DNA of 64,000 nucleotides, taken from positions 390,574 through 454,573 of the forward strand of contig NW_003314345.1 of NCBI RefSeq assembly GCF_000143415.4. The letters are read 5' to 3'. The DNA is from Selaginella moellendorffii (Eukaryota; Plantae; Lycopodiophyta). Below the pieces are notes generated by a model that saw only the letters and a program-made list of their open reading frames with translations, had not been told where the DNA came from and ran no database searches. A program made the position numbers and the translations under genes. Shown one piece after another: positions 12,016 through 25,329 of the stretch (the first letter of the stretch is position 1; each line of letters begins with the position of its first letter).

Positions 12016-12978
12016 ATGCAGCGCGTCTCGAGAGGCGATTTCATGGCGGAGCTGGAGCTCGTCTTGTTAAAGCTGTCCGCGATCGATCTGTGCCAGGCAA
12101 GGTGCGTGTGCCGCGAATGGCGACGAGCAATCGACGCTCCCAGCTTCCGGGAAGGGTACGCGCGCTCCCATGGCTGCATTCCTCACCTTTCCCTCAGGCT
12201 CGCCGAATCCCTCTTCGTCAAGCCAGTCGACAATTCCCCGCGCAGCGAGTGGCGCCTCTTCCAGACGCTCCCAGAGGCCATGACCATCGCCAGCACCGAC
12301 GCGGGCTTGCTGTGCCTGGCCACAGTTTGGGGACTTGGATCGGCCCTCCTCCATCTACATGTGGCGCTACAGCGATATCAACTCCTCCCCAGTGACAGTT
12401 CCGTTGCCACCAGTGCCCATCAACTGCATGGTGGTGTACAGCCGCGACAGGGATCGATCGACGCCACAGTTTCGCGTGGCTATCTTCGACAGGCCCTCGC
12501 TTGCGTAGACATGGGCCGTACCATTCACAACAACGGCTTCTATCCGATGTTGCATCACGGTGTGGCAGTGATCCTTTGCACGGAGACGTGGAGGGTCTTG
12601 CGATACAACATGTGGGACGGTTCGTGGAGCATTGCGGATCTTGACACCACCGAGTTGGAGTTGGGATCCAGGTGGACGTTTGTGCTGTTGGATCCGGGCC
12701 GACTTTTCGTGCTGAGCGAGGACGACAATACGGAAGATTTGGAGGGACTGATCGTTGCGGAGATGCAGGGAGAGAATTGGCAGGTCGCGTCGTGCTGTGA
12801 CGAGCTTGGCAATGTGGAAGTGCGCAAGAACTTGATATGCACCGATGGGAGCAACAGCATATGGCTGGTCGACTCGGACTGCTCACGCATCATGCACTTT
12901 GGAGTGGTTTCCAAGTGCTGGGCGGACCAGACACTTTTAAAGGACACAAGGAACTCGCATGGTTCTCCTGTTAAGTAA
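12016..12978 (+). CDS. F-box protein paralog with an internal compensated frameshift
   Basis: N-terminal F-box (LELVLLKLSAIDLCQARCVCREWRRAI), near-identical to 23865-24914. About 12325-12510 is read in an alternative frame and the C-terminus is altered. Confidence 0.6.
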   Translation: MQRVSRGDFMAELELVLLKLSAIDLCQARCVCREWRRAIDAPSFREGYARSHGCIPHLSLRLAESLFVKPVDNSPRSEWRLFQTLPEAMTIASTDAGLLCLATVWGLGSALLHLHVALQRYQLLPSDSSVATSAHQLHGGVQPRQGSIDATVSRGYLRQALACVDMGRTIHNNGFYPMLHHGVAVILCTETWRVLRYNMWDGSWSIADLDTTELELGSRWTFVLLDPGRLFVLSEDDNTEDLEGLIVAEMQGENWQVASCCDELGNVEVRKNLICTDGSNSIWLVDSDCSRIMHFGVVSKCWADQTLLKDTRNSHGSPVK

Positions 12979-14099
12979 GTAAGTTGTTCTTTCTTTCTCC
13001 CCGTTTTTTGTATGAGGTTTTTTCTCCAGGAGTCGAAAACAGCGAAAGCGTTGAGCATACCTGCATTAGATGACGTGCATTCTCTTCTGGCAGCACTCTA
13101 TGCGGGTATACAAGTTGAGCGAAATTTATCTTCTGCCGACCGTCTCCTCTTTGCTGCAAAAGTTTTCTGTGTGACCACCACTTTTTGTTCCATAAACCTA
13201 GCTTCGTTTGATCGTCTAGATCAACGTATAGTATCAATGTCTACTTTTTAAGCGGAAAAAAAGTATTATTTAAGCAAAACGGAAGTCAATTTCATTAATA
13301 AAATAAATTAAGCTTACCTTTTGCTTTATTTTTTTTTTTATATATTTACTAATTTTCTATCAATGTAGATGAACACTAAGTATGAAGTGAAAAATATGTT
13401 AAAAGTTTTATTTTGACTTGCATCTGATTTGATATGCTAATATGGTGCCTCTTGTAGACCAAAGGCTACTTTTAAAGAATGTCAACGTTAGTCACTACTA
13501 GAGATGCACATATTATGTTGTTTCATGGAGGCAGCCACACGGGAACTGCATTGCATTGGAATGGCTTGTAGCATGCAACAGGGACTTGCTTAATGAGAGC
13601 AGTTGACAATAGTTTTGGAATGTTGTGCAAGGATTGGATCATTGCAGTTTGTTGAGGCTGCAGGCTTACACAATAGGCACCAAGTTTCTCTCCATTGCAA
13701 CATGCATTCACCTGCAGCACTTTGTGTAGAGTGGCAAGCAAGGATGCCAACCTTTAGCACATGTTTGAACAGATTGTGTTTGTCATGGTTCTACAACAGT
13801 GAAGAGGAGCTGTAGGATAAGCTTTTGGCTGCCATATGCCACTCTAATGAGTTTGCGCTCTTTATGGTATTGCAAAGCATGGCACTATTGCAGCACAATT
13901 TTTAGAACGTGTTCAGCGTGCATATAGGAATTTTTATACATATGTAAGTAACATATACATAGTTGTATGTAGTGCTCAAGAAACTTATGTATGTGTAAAT
14001 GGTGGGTCAAAACATTTATTTTCTAACCCACAAACAAGTGGAACTTTACATACTTATTTTCCACATGTTCCAGAACAACAAATTCAGTCAGGAGTAGCC

Positions 14100-17000
14100 A
14101 AGCAATGGGATCAGCGAGCTGGTTTTGCCTTGTGTTTCTTCACCTGCAGAATTCAGAAAACCTCTATTACAGTGGTTTAAGGTCCATTTCTTTCCAATTA
14201 AAGGCAAACTTGAATAAAATATCCTTGAGGTGTTTGTCCTACACTTTGCAGACCATTTCGATTACCTCTACATGTCTTAGAAATAATAGTACAAAGAGTA
14301 CCATTTGTTTGTTCCACTTGTCCATTATAACAAGGATAATATGGAGTAGATTTCCTGTGCTTCAAATATAAAGTTTAGTGAGTGCAGCTACCACTTCATT
14401 TAAGAAATAAGAACCTCTATCACTTACTAATTCCAAAGGACAACCAAACCTAGTAATAATTTACTTGTACAAAAACTCAGCAACTTTTATACCTGTAACT
14501 TCCTTCAACACTTTTCCCTCAGCCCACTTGGTCACATAGTCAGTACAAACTAGCACATACTTGCAATGAGTATGCTTGTTTGCTGGAAAAGGCCCAACAA
14601 AATCAACTCTCCATTTCTCAAATGGCAACATTGGCAAAAGTGGCTACAACGGCATTATATCTCCTCTTGATAGTTTCCCAATCCTTTGACATGGATCCTA
14701 ACCTCTCACATACTTTGAAATACGATTGTAGCTCCTCACAAAAATGTCCTCCAAAAGGTGATTCATGACATGCAGAAATAACTTCAAGTACCTCATGAGC
14801 TAGCACATATCACTGCAACACTCCATCATTTCCCACATGGTATAGTTGCCCAGAAATCAAAGTGAAGTGCCGAGATTGAAGAAGTAACTGCTTCTTCTCT
14901 TTACTAGAGAAATCTAGAGAATATTTGCCACTCCATGGTACCACTTAAGTATTTCTTCGACCTAAAAAACCTCTACATCCACTTGCTCCTTGCTAACCAC
15001 CTGAAAAAGATGAGCATCTGGAAGCTCATCATCCACTCTAGTAATTCCATCCATAGTAGAAGTTGGCAACCTTGAAGATGATCAAACATATTATGACTTC
15101 GTCCACTTCAACATAATCTTGAACTGAAATTCCTATAAAATCAGAAGCCACCTTATCACACTTTCTGTCCTGCACGGCTTCAAAAAAAGATATTTCAAGG
15201 CCTAATGATCCAAATAAAAAACAAACTCCTTTCTCAGTAGATAATGGCAATATTGAAACATAGTGAAAATCATTCCAACTCCTTCATGCTCTATTGCTAA
15301 ATTATTCTTCTCTGCTATTGAGAGTTGTTGGCTATGAGGATGATCCCATCTATAAAATTGAGCCAATTGCCACTGCTAAAGCATCCATATGGACATGAAA
15401 ATCTCAAGACCAGTCTAGCATCTTCAAAATTGGAGCTATGACTAGAGCTTGCTTCAACACCTCAAAAGCTTGTTGTGGGCAGTCTATCCAATTATACTTT
15501 ACATCTTTGCACAAAAACTCTATTAGAAGCAAAGCTTTCTCTACATAACTATGTATAAACTTGCAATGATATTCTATATGACCCAAGATTCCTTGCAATT
15601 GCCTCACATCCACTGGAGCTGGTAATGCTTGTATCAACCTAGTCTTGCTAGGATCAATAACTAAGCCATCCTGTGAAACAATCCAACCCAGCAACACCCC
15701 ATGTGTCACTCCAAAACTGCACTTAAATGGATTTAACAAGATCCTAAATTGCCTATACCTGTTAAAACATAACTTTTCCAAGTGTTGTAAAATATGCTAA
15801 AATCATCCAGAAATACCTCCATAAAATCCTACATATCTAGCTAAAAAGTTACTCTTTGAAATGTTGCTAAAGCATTGCACAGGCCAAAAGGCATAACTCT
15901 ATATGCATAACACCCTGACTCTGTCACAAAAGTGGTCTTCAGTTGATCCTTCTTTGCTATTTGCACTTGACTATAACCATTGTCCAAAAAAGAATAGAGC
16001 TCATGCCCTACCACTAAATCCAACACTATATCAGTAAATGGCAATGAAAAACCATCCTTAATTATTGCATTGTTCAACTTTCTGTAATCTACACAAACCC
16101 TAAGTTGTCCATTCATCTTCTTAACCACAAGAATAGGAGAAAGACACTCACTAATTTCCACCTCTAAAATAAATCCTACTTGCAACATCTCCTCTTGCAC
16201 TACTCTTGAATAGTGTGGATTGGTCCTGTAAGGCATCTGACAAATAGGAACAGCTCTAGGTATCAAAGGAATTCAATGGACAACCAGCACAAGATCAATG
16301 CCTTGCATATCTTTATATTTCCATGCAAAAACATTTATATACTAGCATACAAATTACTTTCTTAGCTCTCCTTCCAACTCTCCTCCTATCTTCACTAGTT
16401 GAGACTCCACAGTTTCAAGGTCTAAATCCACTAACTTTGGAGACTTGATAAACCTATTGGCCTTCCCTACTTGTATAGCTGGTTTGTCACAAATTTTCTA
16501 TGGTTTTTTTTGCCAAAAAATGGTTTGGATACTCAAGCAACTTCTCCTCATCTGTTGGCTTTGAAAACTCAAACTTAACTATGCTACAATCTACATCACC
16601 TCTCCACATCCAATGCTTTAGATGAGATCACCATAAGTTGGCAAGGAAGAATATTGTACCCAAGCTGCTTCCTCATTTTCCTCGCTAAAACTTCAGCTAT
16701 TTGAAATACTATCCTCAACCTCATCACTTCCAAAAGTAATATCACTACTATCATCCTCATCATCAAGTTATTTATCCTTAGGTTGAGCTGATTTTGGAAC
16801 TCCTGCACAAACACTCACTCAGACTAGCTGTATAGCTCCTCTGCCAGCAATAGATGCTTGAAGTTGTCCCTACCAAGTTGGTAGCCTTGCTTGCTCAAAA
16901 TGTGAAGCCAAAGTTATAGTTGCATTCAGATCCGCTGGTTTGTGACACCGTACATAAAAAGAAGCATTCTCAAGTAAGCCTTGCCAAAAATATCTCACTT

Positions 17001-17400
17001 CATCGGAGTTGGTCCTTTTCTGATAACAACCTTTGGAACCTCATTGCATACCTCTGTATAGATTCTCCTGGCTATAAGGTGATTGTGTTGACCTCATTAC
17101 TTACTCTTTAATGAAATCCTACAGGTCTGAAAGCATTTAAAAATTCTTACTTCAAGGCATCCTAGTCTGCAAAAGCTACTTATGCCACTGCCACAACATA
17201 CCACTCAGCTGTGACATCTTTCAATGTTGCTGGAAAAAATCTTTGGTGCAAAGTTTGCTCACTATTTGCTATATTCACATTCTCAAAAGTCGTCACATGA
17301 TCATCCAGGTCACTAGACATTATGTAGCTGGGATACTTTATCTGACTCTAAATGGACCATCATTTATAGCCTACTGTCAATAAAGGTAATGCCAAGGACT
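14100..17400 (-). mobile_element. Degenerate Ty3/Gypsy retrotransposon A (gag remnant, RT, RNase H part, integrase)
   Basis: RT motifs LRVCVDYRKLN, YSFLD..YSQVQI and YRVMPFGLCNALATFQR. Integrase motifs CHESPFGGHF, PFEKWxVDFVGP and DYVTKW. Gag-like remnants at 17000-17330; many stops. Confidence 0.88.
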
Positions 17401-17769
17401 AGTTGCTTGAACCCCACCTAAGCCACAGTGCAAGAAAACATACAAACAAAACAAAATGAGACCATACAATTAACATAGGCAATGCAAAACACATTATAAG
17501 TGATTTGAAAACATACTAACATAGATCTTAATCCTTAGCTTGGACACTAGCTAAATGGAAAATGAAAATTTCACCTCACCAGGTGTAGAATATACAAATG
17601 AGACGAGGCTCCAGGGAGACTACCATAGCAAGCATGATCTGGCCCCAACTCAAGTTCGGGCCTATAAATGAAAAACATTTCTAGCAAAGACCAGCATTAG
17701 TTGTAATAGAAAAGGGAACAAAATGAAACATACATGTAACAAAGCTGAAATAAAAAAAAAGTTAGAGAA

Positions 17770-20700
17770 AATACCTCTTCAAATGTGTGGCATTAATTGG
17801 ATTTGGAAACTTATAACCTAATATAGACCAATCTGTGGTAATTGAAATTTTTCTGGATAAGTAACTGCATCATCCAGCCTCCAAACCAAGTTCCCCAGAA
17901 CAAAAGTCTCTCCTCACTACTTAGTATGTGCTAGTGTTGTGCAAAGTTGATGAATTTGAATGCATAGCATAGCTTGATCTAGTCTTCATCCAGACAAAGG
18001 AGTTGATCTGCTCGATGTTGAGTGGAAGTTAAGCATCACTGGATAAAGGATCTACTTCTTCTACAGATACCTGATATGCTGGTAATTGCAGCTGAATGGG
18101 GAGCACTGCTTCAAGCCCGTAAACCAGCTTGAATAGTGTGAAACCACTAGGAAACTTCTTTATTGTCCTGTAAGCCCAGAGAGCATGTGGCAGATAAGTG
18201 TTGTCAATAAAGATTGGCCAAGACTCTGAGGTATTATCAATCAGATCCAATTGAAGTAACTCTAAATGAGCTGCTATGCCATCTACTTGTACTTGAAGAA
18301 TATCTACGAGAGAGATATTATCTAAGGGAGTAATGTTTTCTTCTTCCAGAATTGAGTCTTGAACCAACATCCAAAGGCCTTGTTTTGCTAGTGCATCTGC
18401 CACTGCATTAGACTCTCTAGGTACAACGACAATATCCCATCAATCCAACTCAATGAGGAATGACATCAGCTCCTTGTGCAAACGTTGTAAGCAGTGACTG
18501 AGGACTTTATATGTGCCAGTACTTGTCAGCCAACAGTTGAGAATCTGATCTAAGGCTCAGCTAATGAACTAGATATTGTAAGGCTCTCCAAACCACCAAC
18601 AACATTGCCTGATACTCCACTTCATTGGAGGAGGATGTAGAAACCACCATTGATATGGAGAAGAGTGTGCCTCCAGTGGGAGATATGAGGACAGCACCAA
18701 TACCACCATGATCTAATAATTGAGAAAATGCTCCATCAGAAAATACTCTATACTAGTGACTCATCTATATCTGCAACACTAGAAACAGTTGTATTAGTGT
18801 AACTTGTAACCATACATGAGCTGAGAGTGTCATTAGAAGTAATACAACTACTAGAAATGTCTACTATACTCAAAACTAGTAAGTTGGCTCTATATCTCAC
18901 CTTCTCACCCATCATCCATCCTTGAAGTACTGTATCTTTTGACTCATGTGTCTCATCAACCAGCAAAACTGACACCATTGCTGAGTTGAAAGTATCCTTA
19001 TCAATTGGAACTATGTCTGATGCTTGCAATTGACCTTCCTATTATATAAGGTGGTGGTTACATTTCCCGCTGAAATGTGCATCAAACCTTGATCCTAGAA
19101 TGTATGAGAAAAATCTCTATCTGGCCACTCTCATCCCAAGAGCAGTGAATATGACTGAACCAAATCTGCCCAGCCATCCTGTGCAAAATCCACTACTAAA
19201 ATATCAAGTTGAACCTTCACTCCATCCATATCATTCATTCCAGCTTTAATCAATCCAGCAGGTTTGACCTGATGTTGAGCAAACATCTTAAGGATTGAGT
19301 GTTGCAATAGATTGGCAACTGTTGGCAGATGTGTGTTGGCATAATATTTGTTCCTGAGCTAGAGTCCATGATTGCTTTAGGCACACATTTGCCATTGATC
19401 AATGGATTGCAGTAGAAAACCCCTGGATCAACTGGACATGAGTGATCCACCACATGAATTCCTGTTTGATGCAGATTACACATCAGATTCTCAATCATCT
19501 ACAGGGCTACTCCAGACAAAGAAAGCTGGTCCAAAAGGCATGGAGCAATGTGAAGAAGTTGTGCTATGGTGATTGCCGGCCTTAGTAGCTGTAAATCCTC
19601 AAGTAAGGAGTATGGTGGCACGAGCAAATGGGCAAGATCAATAGCAAATGAAGTTGGTAGTGGTTGCAAGGAGTGTAGTGTTTGTGCAAATTTCTTTTTT
19701 TCAACTGTATATACGGTTGTATTTTCACACTTGAGGTTGCTTTTGTGAGTACTGACGTATTTCTAAGCTAGAAAAAGGTGAAAGAAAGTGACGGATTTCA
19801 GAAGTGAGAATTTGAAGAAGTTGTTTTCTATGAAGTTGAAGATCTGATCAAGGAAAGTTCTTTAGTGGTGAAATCAAGTCAATCAGAGTTGTGGATGAAG
19901 AGTTATTAGCTGGAAAAGTCTCAGCCGTTGATTGGTGTTTAAGTTTTTGGTAGTTTGAAAATTAGGTATAGCCATTCAGTTATTTTACAGTTTTTGTTTT
20001 CTCTCTTGGGTTCTTGAGTTCTTTCTGCTCGAAGATGGTGAGACCTCCCATAGGCCGTTGAGATCCCATCACCGTGATCATAGAGGAGTTAGTGCAGGCT
20101 CAGCACACTCAATATGAGTGATTTGTAGTTACTGTTGAAATACAAGCCCTAGGGGAGTCTTTCCCGTCTTTCTTAGTTGTCATGTATTTTTCCTGACACT
20201 TTTCTACCTGAGAGGAACTGATGTTTGGGTCCAAAGTAGCTAGTCCTAAAACCTGAGCTGTGACTTGACAAGTTGGCAAGCATTCTTGAAAAGGTTCTCT
20301 AGTAGCTGCCCATTGAGATCTTGTAGCCATAAGAATGTTTATGGATGCTTCTTTTGGTTCTTGAAATAATCCACCAAAGAGATCTACTCATCTTCTAATA
20401 TATGACCCTTGACCAATTTCACTAGAAGTAGAGGATTGTTGTTTAAATCCTAAATAGGGTGCTATGGTTGGATCCAAAGCATCTGGTTGCTGCAATGGAT
20501 CTTTCTCTCCTTGTTGATATTTACCCAAGCCCATGCCTAATATCCATCCTTGTTTTTGCAACAGTTGATATCCTTTGTTATCTTTAGATATTCTTGCTCT
20601 CCACGTTGGATCAGGCTCTACCAAACAGATAGAGTTCTCCACCTATACATGGTTGACCCTGGAAGATGGCAAACTTCTGGCAATTGTAGCTGTATGTGGC

Positions 20701-22560
20701 AGCATTATTGTGTGATCTGGTAGTGGCCTTGGAGCATACACTTGGGTTGGCAAAGGAGGAGGAAGTGCAAAGGGCATTGGAGGTGTAGGAAGTCGATGTT
20801 GTTGCTGCAATTGGAATGCTTGCTGCTTGATGAAGAATCAATCCTCAATATAACCTGGCTTACTACAATAGAAACAAGCAACTGACAATTGATAAAAAGC
20901 TGGTGCAACTAGTGCTTCCCAAGCTGGTTGAGCAAATGAAGGCCATTGAGCTGGAGTGGACCACTGAGGGGCGCATACCCTAGAGGTGCTGCATTGTAAT
21001 ATTCTTAGGGAAAGCCATGCCCACAACTATGTGGACAATAAAAACTCCCAGTTTGGTAAACTGGAGCAAATGCAAGCAATGTCAACCCTTTGGAGTGTAG
21101 CTAGGCATCATTGCTGGAGTCTCCAAAGGTGTAGCACTGACAATATTGCCAAGAACAGAATCTTGTCCTAGTTGTGTAGCTGCCAACTTTGTAAGGAACT
21201 TCTAACTATCAATGATCATCGTTAAGACCATAGTTATCATTTTTGTAATATCCTACATGCAGGATTCTAGGGAGATTGACATATCTCATTGGATGTTAAA
21301 AGTGGATGTAGAGGAAGTGGATTCTATCTCAATGAGATACTTGCATTCTTGTGTCTTTGCTTCCATTATTGCTGCTTCAACTGTTATTAGTTTCTTGCGG
21401 TGCATGTTCCTAGTCAAGTCAAGATGTAGAGCATCATTATATGCCCGGACCACCTCAAGCTTTTGGCATCGACTCCTTTGTCATTACACTTCTGGATATA
21501 AACTTAGAAGTGTTGATTGAATTGCTACAAGGATTCATGCAACTGCTGACGAAGGAGGTCTAATTCTGCCATGACACTATCTTTGCTTTCCAAGGTCTCA
21601 AACTGTGTCAAGAACAACTTTGTGAGGGTGTTAAAGTTTGCTGCTTGCTGTTGCAACACATTCAACTACCATAGTAATGCTTGCCCTGAGAGAGACAATC
21701 AGAAATAAGCTGCTTGTGCCTTGTCTAGGATTGCCATTGCTGCAAGGAATGATTTGATGCTCTCCATATATAGCTAAGGATCTTCTTCAACATCTCCTTT
21801 GAATTTGGGTAGGATAGCAACTGTGTGAGCATCAAGAACATTTTATCATCTCCTAGCTAGTGTAGGTATAGCACATATCTTCTTCTTTGTTAGCGGCAAC
21901 TTACAAATTTCTTGGAATTCTTCTCTGGAGATTTGAATCCCAGATCACATTTCTGTTGCCAGCATAGAAAATCACTCCCTCCCCATCAACGTCCCAGGGT
22001 AGTTCATGAAGATCTTGATTGCATGCACCTAGAACCCGATCCTAAAACTTTTCAATCCATCTTAAGATTGCTGATCTATAATAGTACTTTCTATTTTCTA
22101 TTAGCTGATCCTGGAAGGATCCCAAAACTATCCTATTTTTTTCATACCTTTCTTACAAGAGTTTTATGTCCCAAATGTAGCAGAAAAGACCACCCAGGTA
22201 ACAGCCTCAAGATCCAAAGGCCATTCACATCCCTATCTGGTGTGCTAAAGATGAGAAGCTATTTCATTTCCTTGCTTCGAAAAGGGGTATAAAAGTAGTG
22301 ACCCCACTCTCTCTCCTCTCCTTTATATCAGCATACATGCCCATCCATACATTTATATAGTACTAACATGCCACGGCGTCATCTCTAACTGTTAGCTGCT
22401 GGGAATATCTTGAATATTCTTTGAATCCTCCTTTTCTTCCACGGAAACACTCAAAACTTCAAAAATCTTGGGAAACCTATGAAAAGAGAAAACCATAACC
22501 ACAATTGATCATTGGCACCATAACATACATAAAATCTACTTTACAGTAACCATAAAAAAT
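17770..22560 (-). mobile_element. Degenerate Tat-like Gypsy element B: gag - zinc knuckle - G-patch - protease - extra RNase H - [RT/RH deleted] - integrase tail
   Basis: CFYCSKPG knuckle (~20870); G-patch NKGYQLLQKQGWILGMGLGK (20388-20642); protease KAIMDSSSGTNIMP (~19370). RNase HI-type VFSDGA..GIGAVLISPTG..SNEVEYQA..NAVADALAK (18380-18750); integrase tail LPHALWAYRT..FKLVYGLEAVLP and PINATHLKRYF. Confidence 0.78.
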
Positions 22561-22739
22561 TCTTTGCTTACACCTTCCATAGGGATTTCCGCAGCCACTC
22601 GCATGAGTATTACAAATGTATCTTGAGTAACTGATTAACTAACATATGGCCCAACCACATATGAGAACCCAGGCTCATTGGCCCCAACATCCACAATGCC
22701 ACAGGATACGCTACCAGGCACACCCTCACAAAATACAGG

Positions 22740-22870
22740 ACAAGCATGCACTTGCTGCCTGTTGAACTTCACCCCGCGAGAGAAGCAGTACTGCCCACTA
22801 TGCAAAACAGATGTAGAGACTGTGTCCCATGTCGTCTATGACTGCCCAGCATACAGACAACACGAGATTC
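22740..22870 (+). mobile_element. Fragment resembling a non-LTR retrotransposon C-terminal CCHC zinc finger
   Basis: CPLCKTDVETVSHVVYDCPAY (Cx2C-x8-H-x4-C) in ORF 22678-23184; no RT seen upstream. Confidence 0.4.
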
Positions 22871-23537
22871 ACCCCTCGTTCTTGTTTCTTCTCTTAACCT
22901 TCTGCTTACCTTTTTCTGTCTTCGCACCAGGTTCGTGCCAAACTTCACGCTGCTGGTTTCGAAGACGTCAATGCCTCGGACAGAAAGGTGGACGAAAAGG
23001 TACTCGGACACACATATTTTTGACATTTAAGCTCAAATGGCACACTAAAACTATCTCTTGGTGTTGGGCGCTATGCAGCACAACAACAGAACGAAAGCAG
23101 CCTGTATTCAAGATTTCAAGTTCTAACATTCATCTCTTGTCTACTGGGATAGAAGATTGGCTTGAGTGCCAGGAAGGCGCTTGACCATGTCCGCAGCAAA
23201 GGCCAGCACAGTTGCATCACGATCAAAGGATTGGATACATGCGGCTGTGGAGTTTTGGAGTGAAGCAGAAAAGTTCTGTAAGTTTATGTGAGTCAGTCTC
23301 TTCCAAGTTGACCATTGTTGCCTGGAGGGTCTGCGTAGATTCTCCTTGTGAACTGGGCCACTTTGATGAAGTATCTCACAAGCTGTACGCTATTACTTGC
23401 AATGTTTTTTGTTTTTTCAATAATTACAGAAATGCTATTTACTAACATTTGTCGTCAGTTCGCTTTATTTAGGTAAATACCTTTTGGACGTTGGGTTTAT
23501 CAGTCATGCAAGGACTAGGGTCTCCGTAATAGTCTAG

Positions 23538-23780
23538 ATGTGTGAAGCAGTGCTGTCGCTCCGGGAGCTCATGCCCGCCCATGAAGGAAGCCCCACCCGA
23601 GAAGATTTCAAGAGGGCAAGTTGGATCAAACTGCGCTGCAAGACTTGTGGCGAGCCCTCCAGTTTTCTTTATTTTAACAATCACAAGATCACGCAGCCGC
23701 GATACAATTGTAAGGCCTGCCGTTTTACCGTCCAGTTAAGGGACGAGAATCTCTTGAGGGAGCTTCGTTTGATCGATTAA
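23538..23780 (+). CDS. 80-aa Dof-like zinc-finger ORF, copy 2
   Basis: CKTCGEPSSFLYFNNHKITQPRYNCKAC; same length as copies 1 and 3. Confidence 0.55.
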   Translation: MCEAVLSLRELMPAHEGSPTREDFKRASWIKLRCKTCGEPSSFLYFNNHKITQPRYNCKACRFTVQLRDENLLRELRLID

Positions 23781-23864
23781 GTAAACCTTATAGACAAGAT
23801 ACGTATCTGCCCTAAAGTAAAGTATATATCTTCTCGTTCTTGTTCTTTACCCAAAGGCACAAGA

Positions 23865-24914
23865 ATGCAGCGCGTCTCGAGAGGCGATTTCATGGCGGAG
23901 CTGGAGCTCGTCTTGTTGAAGCTGTCCGCGATCGATCTGTGCCAGGCGAGGTGCGTGTGCCGCGAATGGCGACGAGCAATCGACGCTCCCAGCTTCCGGG
24001 AAGGGTACGCGCGCTCCCATGGCTGCATTCCTCACCTTTCCCTCAGGCTCGCCGAATCCCTCTTCGTCAAGCCAGTCGACAAGTCCCCGCGCAGCGAGTG
24101 GCGCCTCTTCCAGACGCTCCCAGAGGGCATGACCATCGCCAGCACCGACGCGGGCTTGCTGTGCCTGGCCACGTTTGGGGACTTGGATCGGCCCTCCTCC
24201 ATCTACGTGTGGCGCTACAGCGATATCAACTCCTCCCCGGTGAGAGTTCCGTTGCCACCAGTGCCCATCGACTGGAGTCGCATGGTGGTGTACAGCCGCG
24301 ACAGGGATCGATCGACGCCACAGTTTCGCGTGGCTATCTTCGACAGGCCCTCGCTTGCGTTCTACGTTTACGACTCAGCCCTCAGCCAGTGGTCCGTGCA
24401 TGGGGACTTGTACCCGTCGGGCCGGAGGGGCGACCCAGACATGGGCTGTACCATTCACAACAACGGCTTCTATCCGATGTTGCATCACGGTGTGGCGGTG
24501 ATGCTTTGCACGGAGACGTGGAGGGTCTTGCGATACAACATGTGGGACGGTTCGTGGAGCATTGCGGATCTTGACACCACCGAGTTGGAGTTGGGATCCA
24601 GGTGGGCGTTTGTGCTGTTGGATCCGGGCCGACTTTTCGTGCTGAGCGAGGACGACAACACGGAAGATTTGGAGGGACTGATCGTCGCGGAGATGCAGGG
24701 AGAGAAGTGGCAGGTCGCGTCGTGCTGTGACGAGCTTGGCGATGTGGAACTGTGCGGGGACTTGATATGCACCGATGGGAGCAACAGCATATGGCTGGTC
24801 GACTCGGACTGCTCACGCATCATGCACTTTGGAGTGGTTTCCAAGTGCTGGTCGGAGGTGGAGACACCAGACACTTTTCAAGGACACAAGGAACTCGCGT
24901 GGTTCTCCTGTTAA
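23865..24914 (+). CDS. F-box protein (intact family member, single exon)
   Basis: 349-aa open frame with an N-terminal F-box motif, then ASTDAGLLCL, YVYDSALSQW and VLRYNMWDGSW (F-box-associated beta-propeller-like). The true start may be the second Met (MAELELV). Confidence 0.8.
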   Translation: MQRVSRGDFMAELELVLLKLSAIDLCQARCVCREWRRAIDAPSFREGYARSHGCIPHLSLRLAESLFVKPVDKSPRSEWRLFQTLPEGMTIASTDAGLLCLATFGDLDRPSSIYVWRYSDINSSPVRVPLPPVPIDWSRMVVYSRDRDRSTPQFRVAIFDRPSLAFYVYDSALSQWSVHGDLYPSGRRGDPDMGCTIHNNGFYPMLHHGVAVMLCTETWRVLRYNMWDGSWSIADLDTTELELGSRWAFVLLDPGRLFVLSEDDNTEDLEGLIVAEMQGEKWQVASCCDELGDVELCGDLICTDGSNSIWLVDSDCSRIMHFGVVSKCWSEVETPDTFQGHKELAWFSC

Positions 24915-25329
24915 GTAAGTTGTTTCTTTCTTTCTCCCGTTTTTTGTATAAGGTTTTGTCTCCAGGAGCCGAAAACAGCGAAAGCGTTGAGCATACCTGC
25001 ATTAGATGACGTGCATTCTCTTCTGGCAGCGCTCTTATGCGGGTATACAAGTTGAGCGAAATTTATGTTCTGCCGACCGTCTCCTCTTGGCTGCAAAAGT
25101 TTTCTGTGTGACCACCACTTTTTGTTCCAGCTTCGTTTGATCGTCTAGATCGACGTATAGTATCAATGTCTACTTTTTAAGCGGGTCCATGATTGGAAAA
25201 AAAGTATTATTTAAGCAAAACGGAAGTCAATTCCATTAATAAAATAAATAGAGCTTACCTTTTACTTTACTTTTTATATATTTACTAATTTTCTATACAC
25301 TAAGTATGACATTTCATGGTGAAAAATAT

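Noticed and set aside
13500-14100. Possible SWIM/MULE transposase remnant (..NLFKHVLKV on -)
   Set aside because: A single weak motif requiring a frameshift; not supportable without a profile search.
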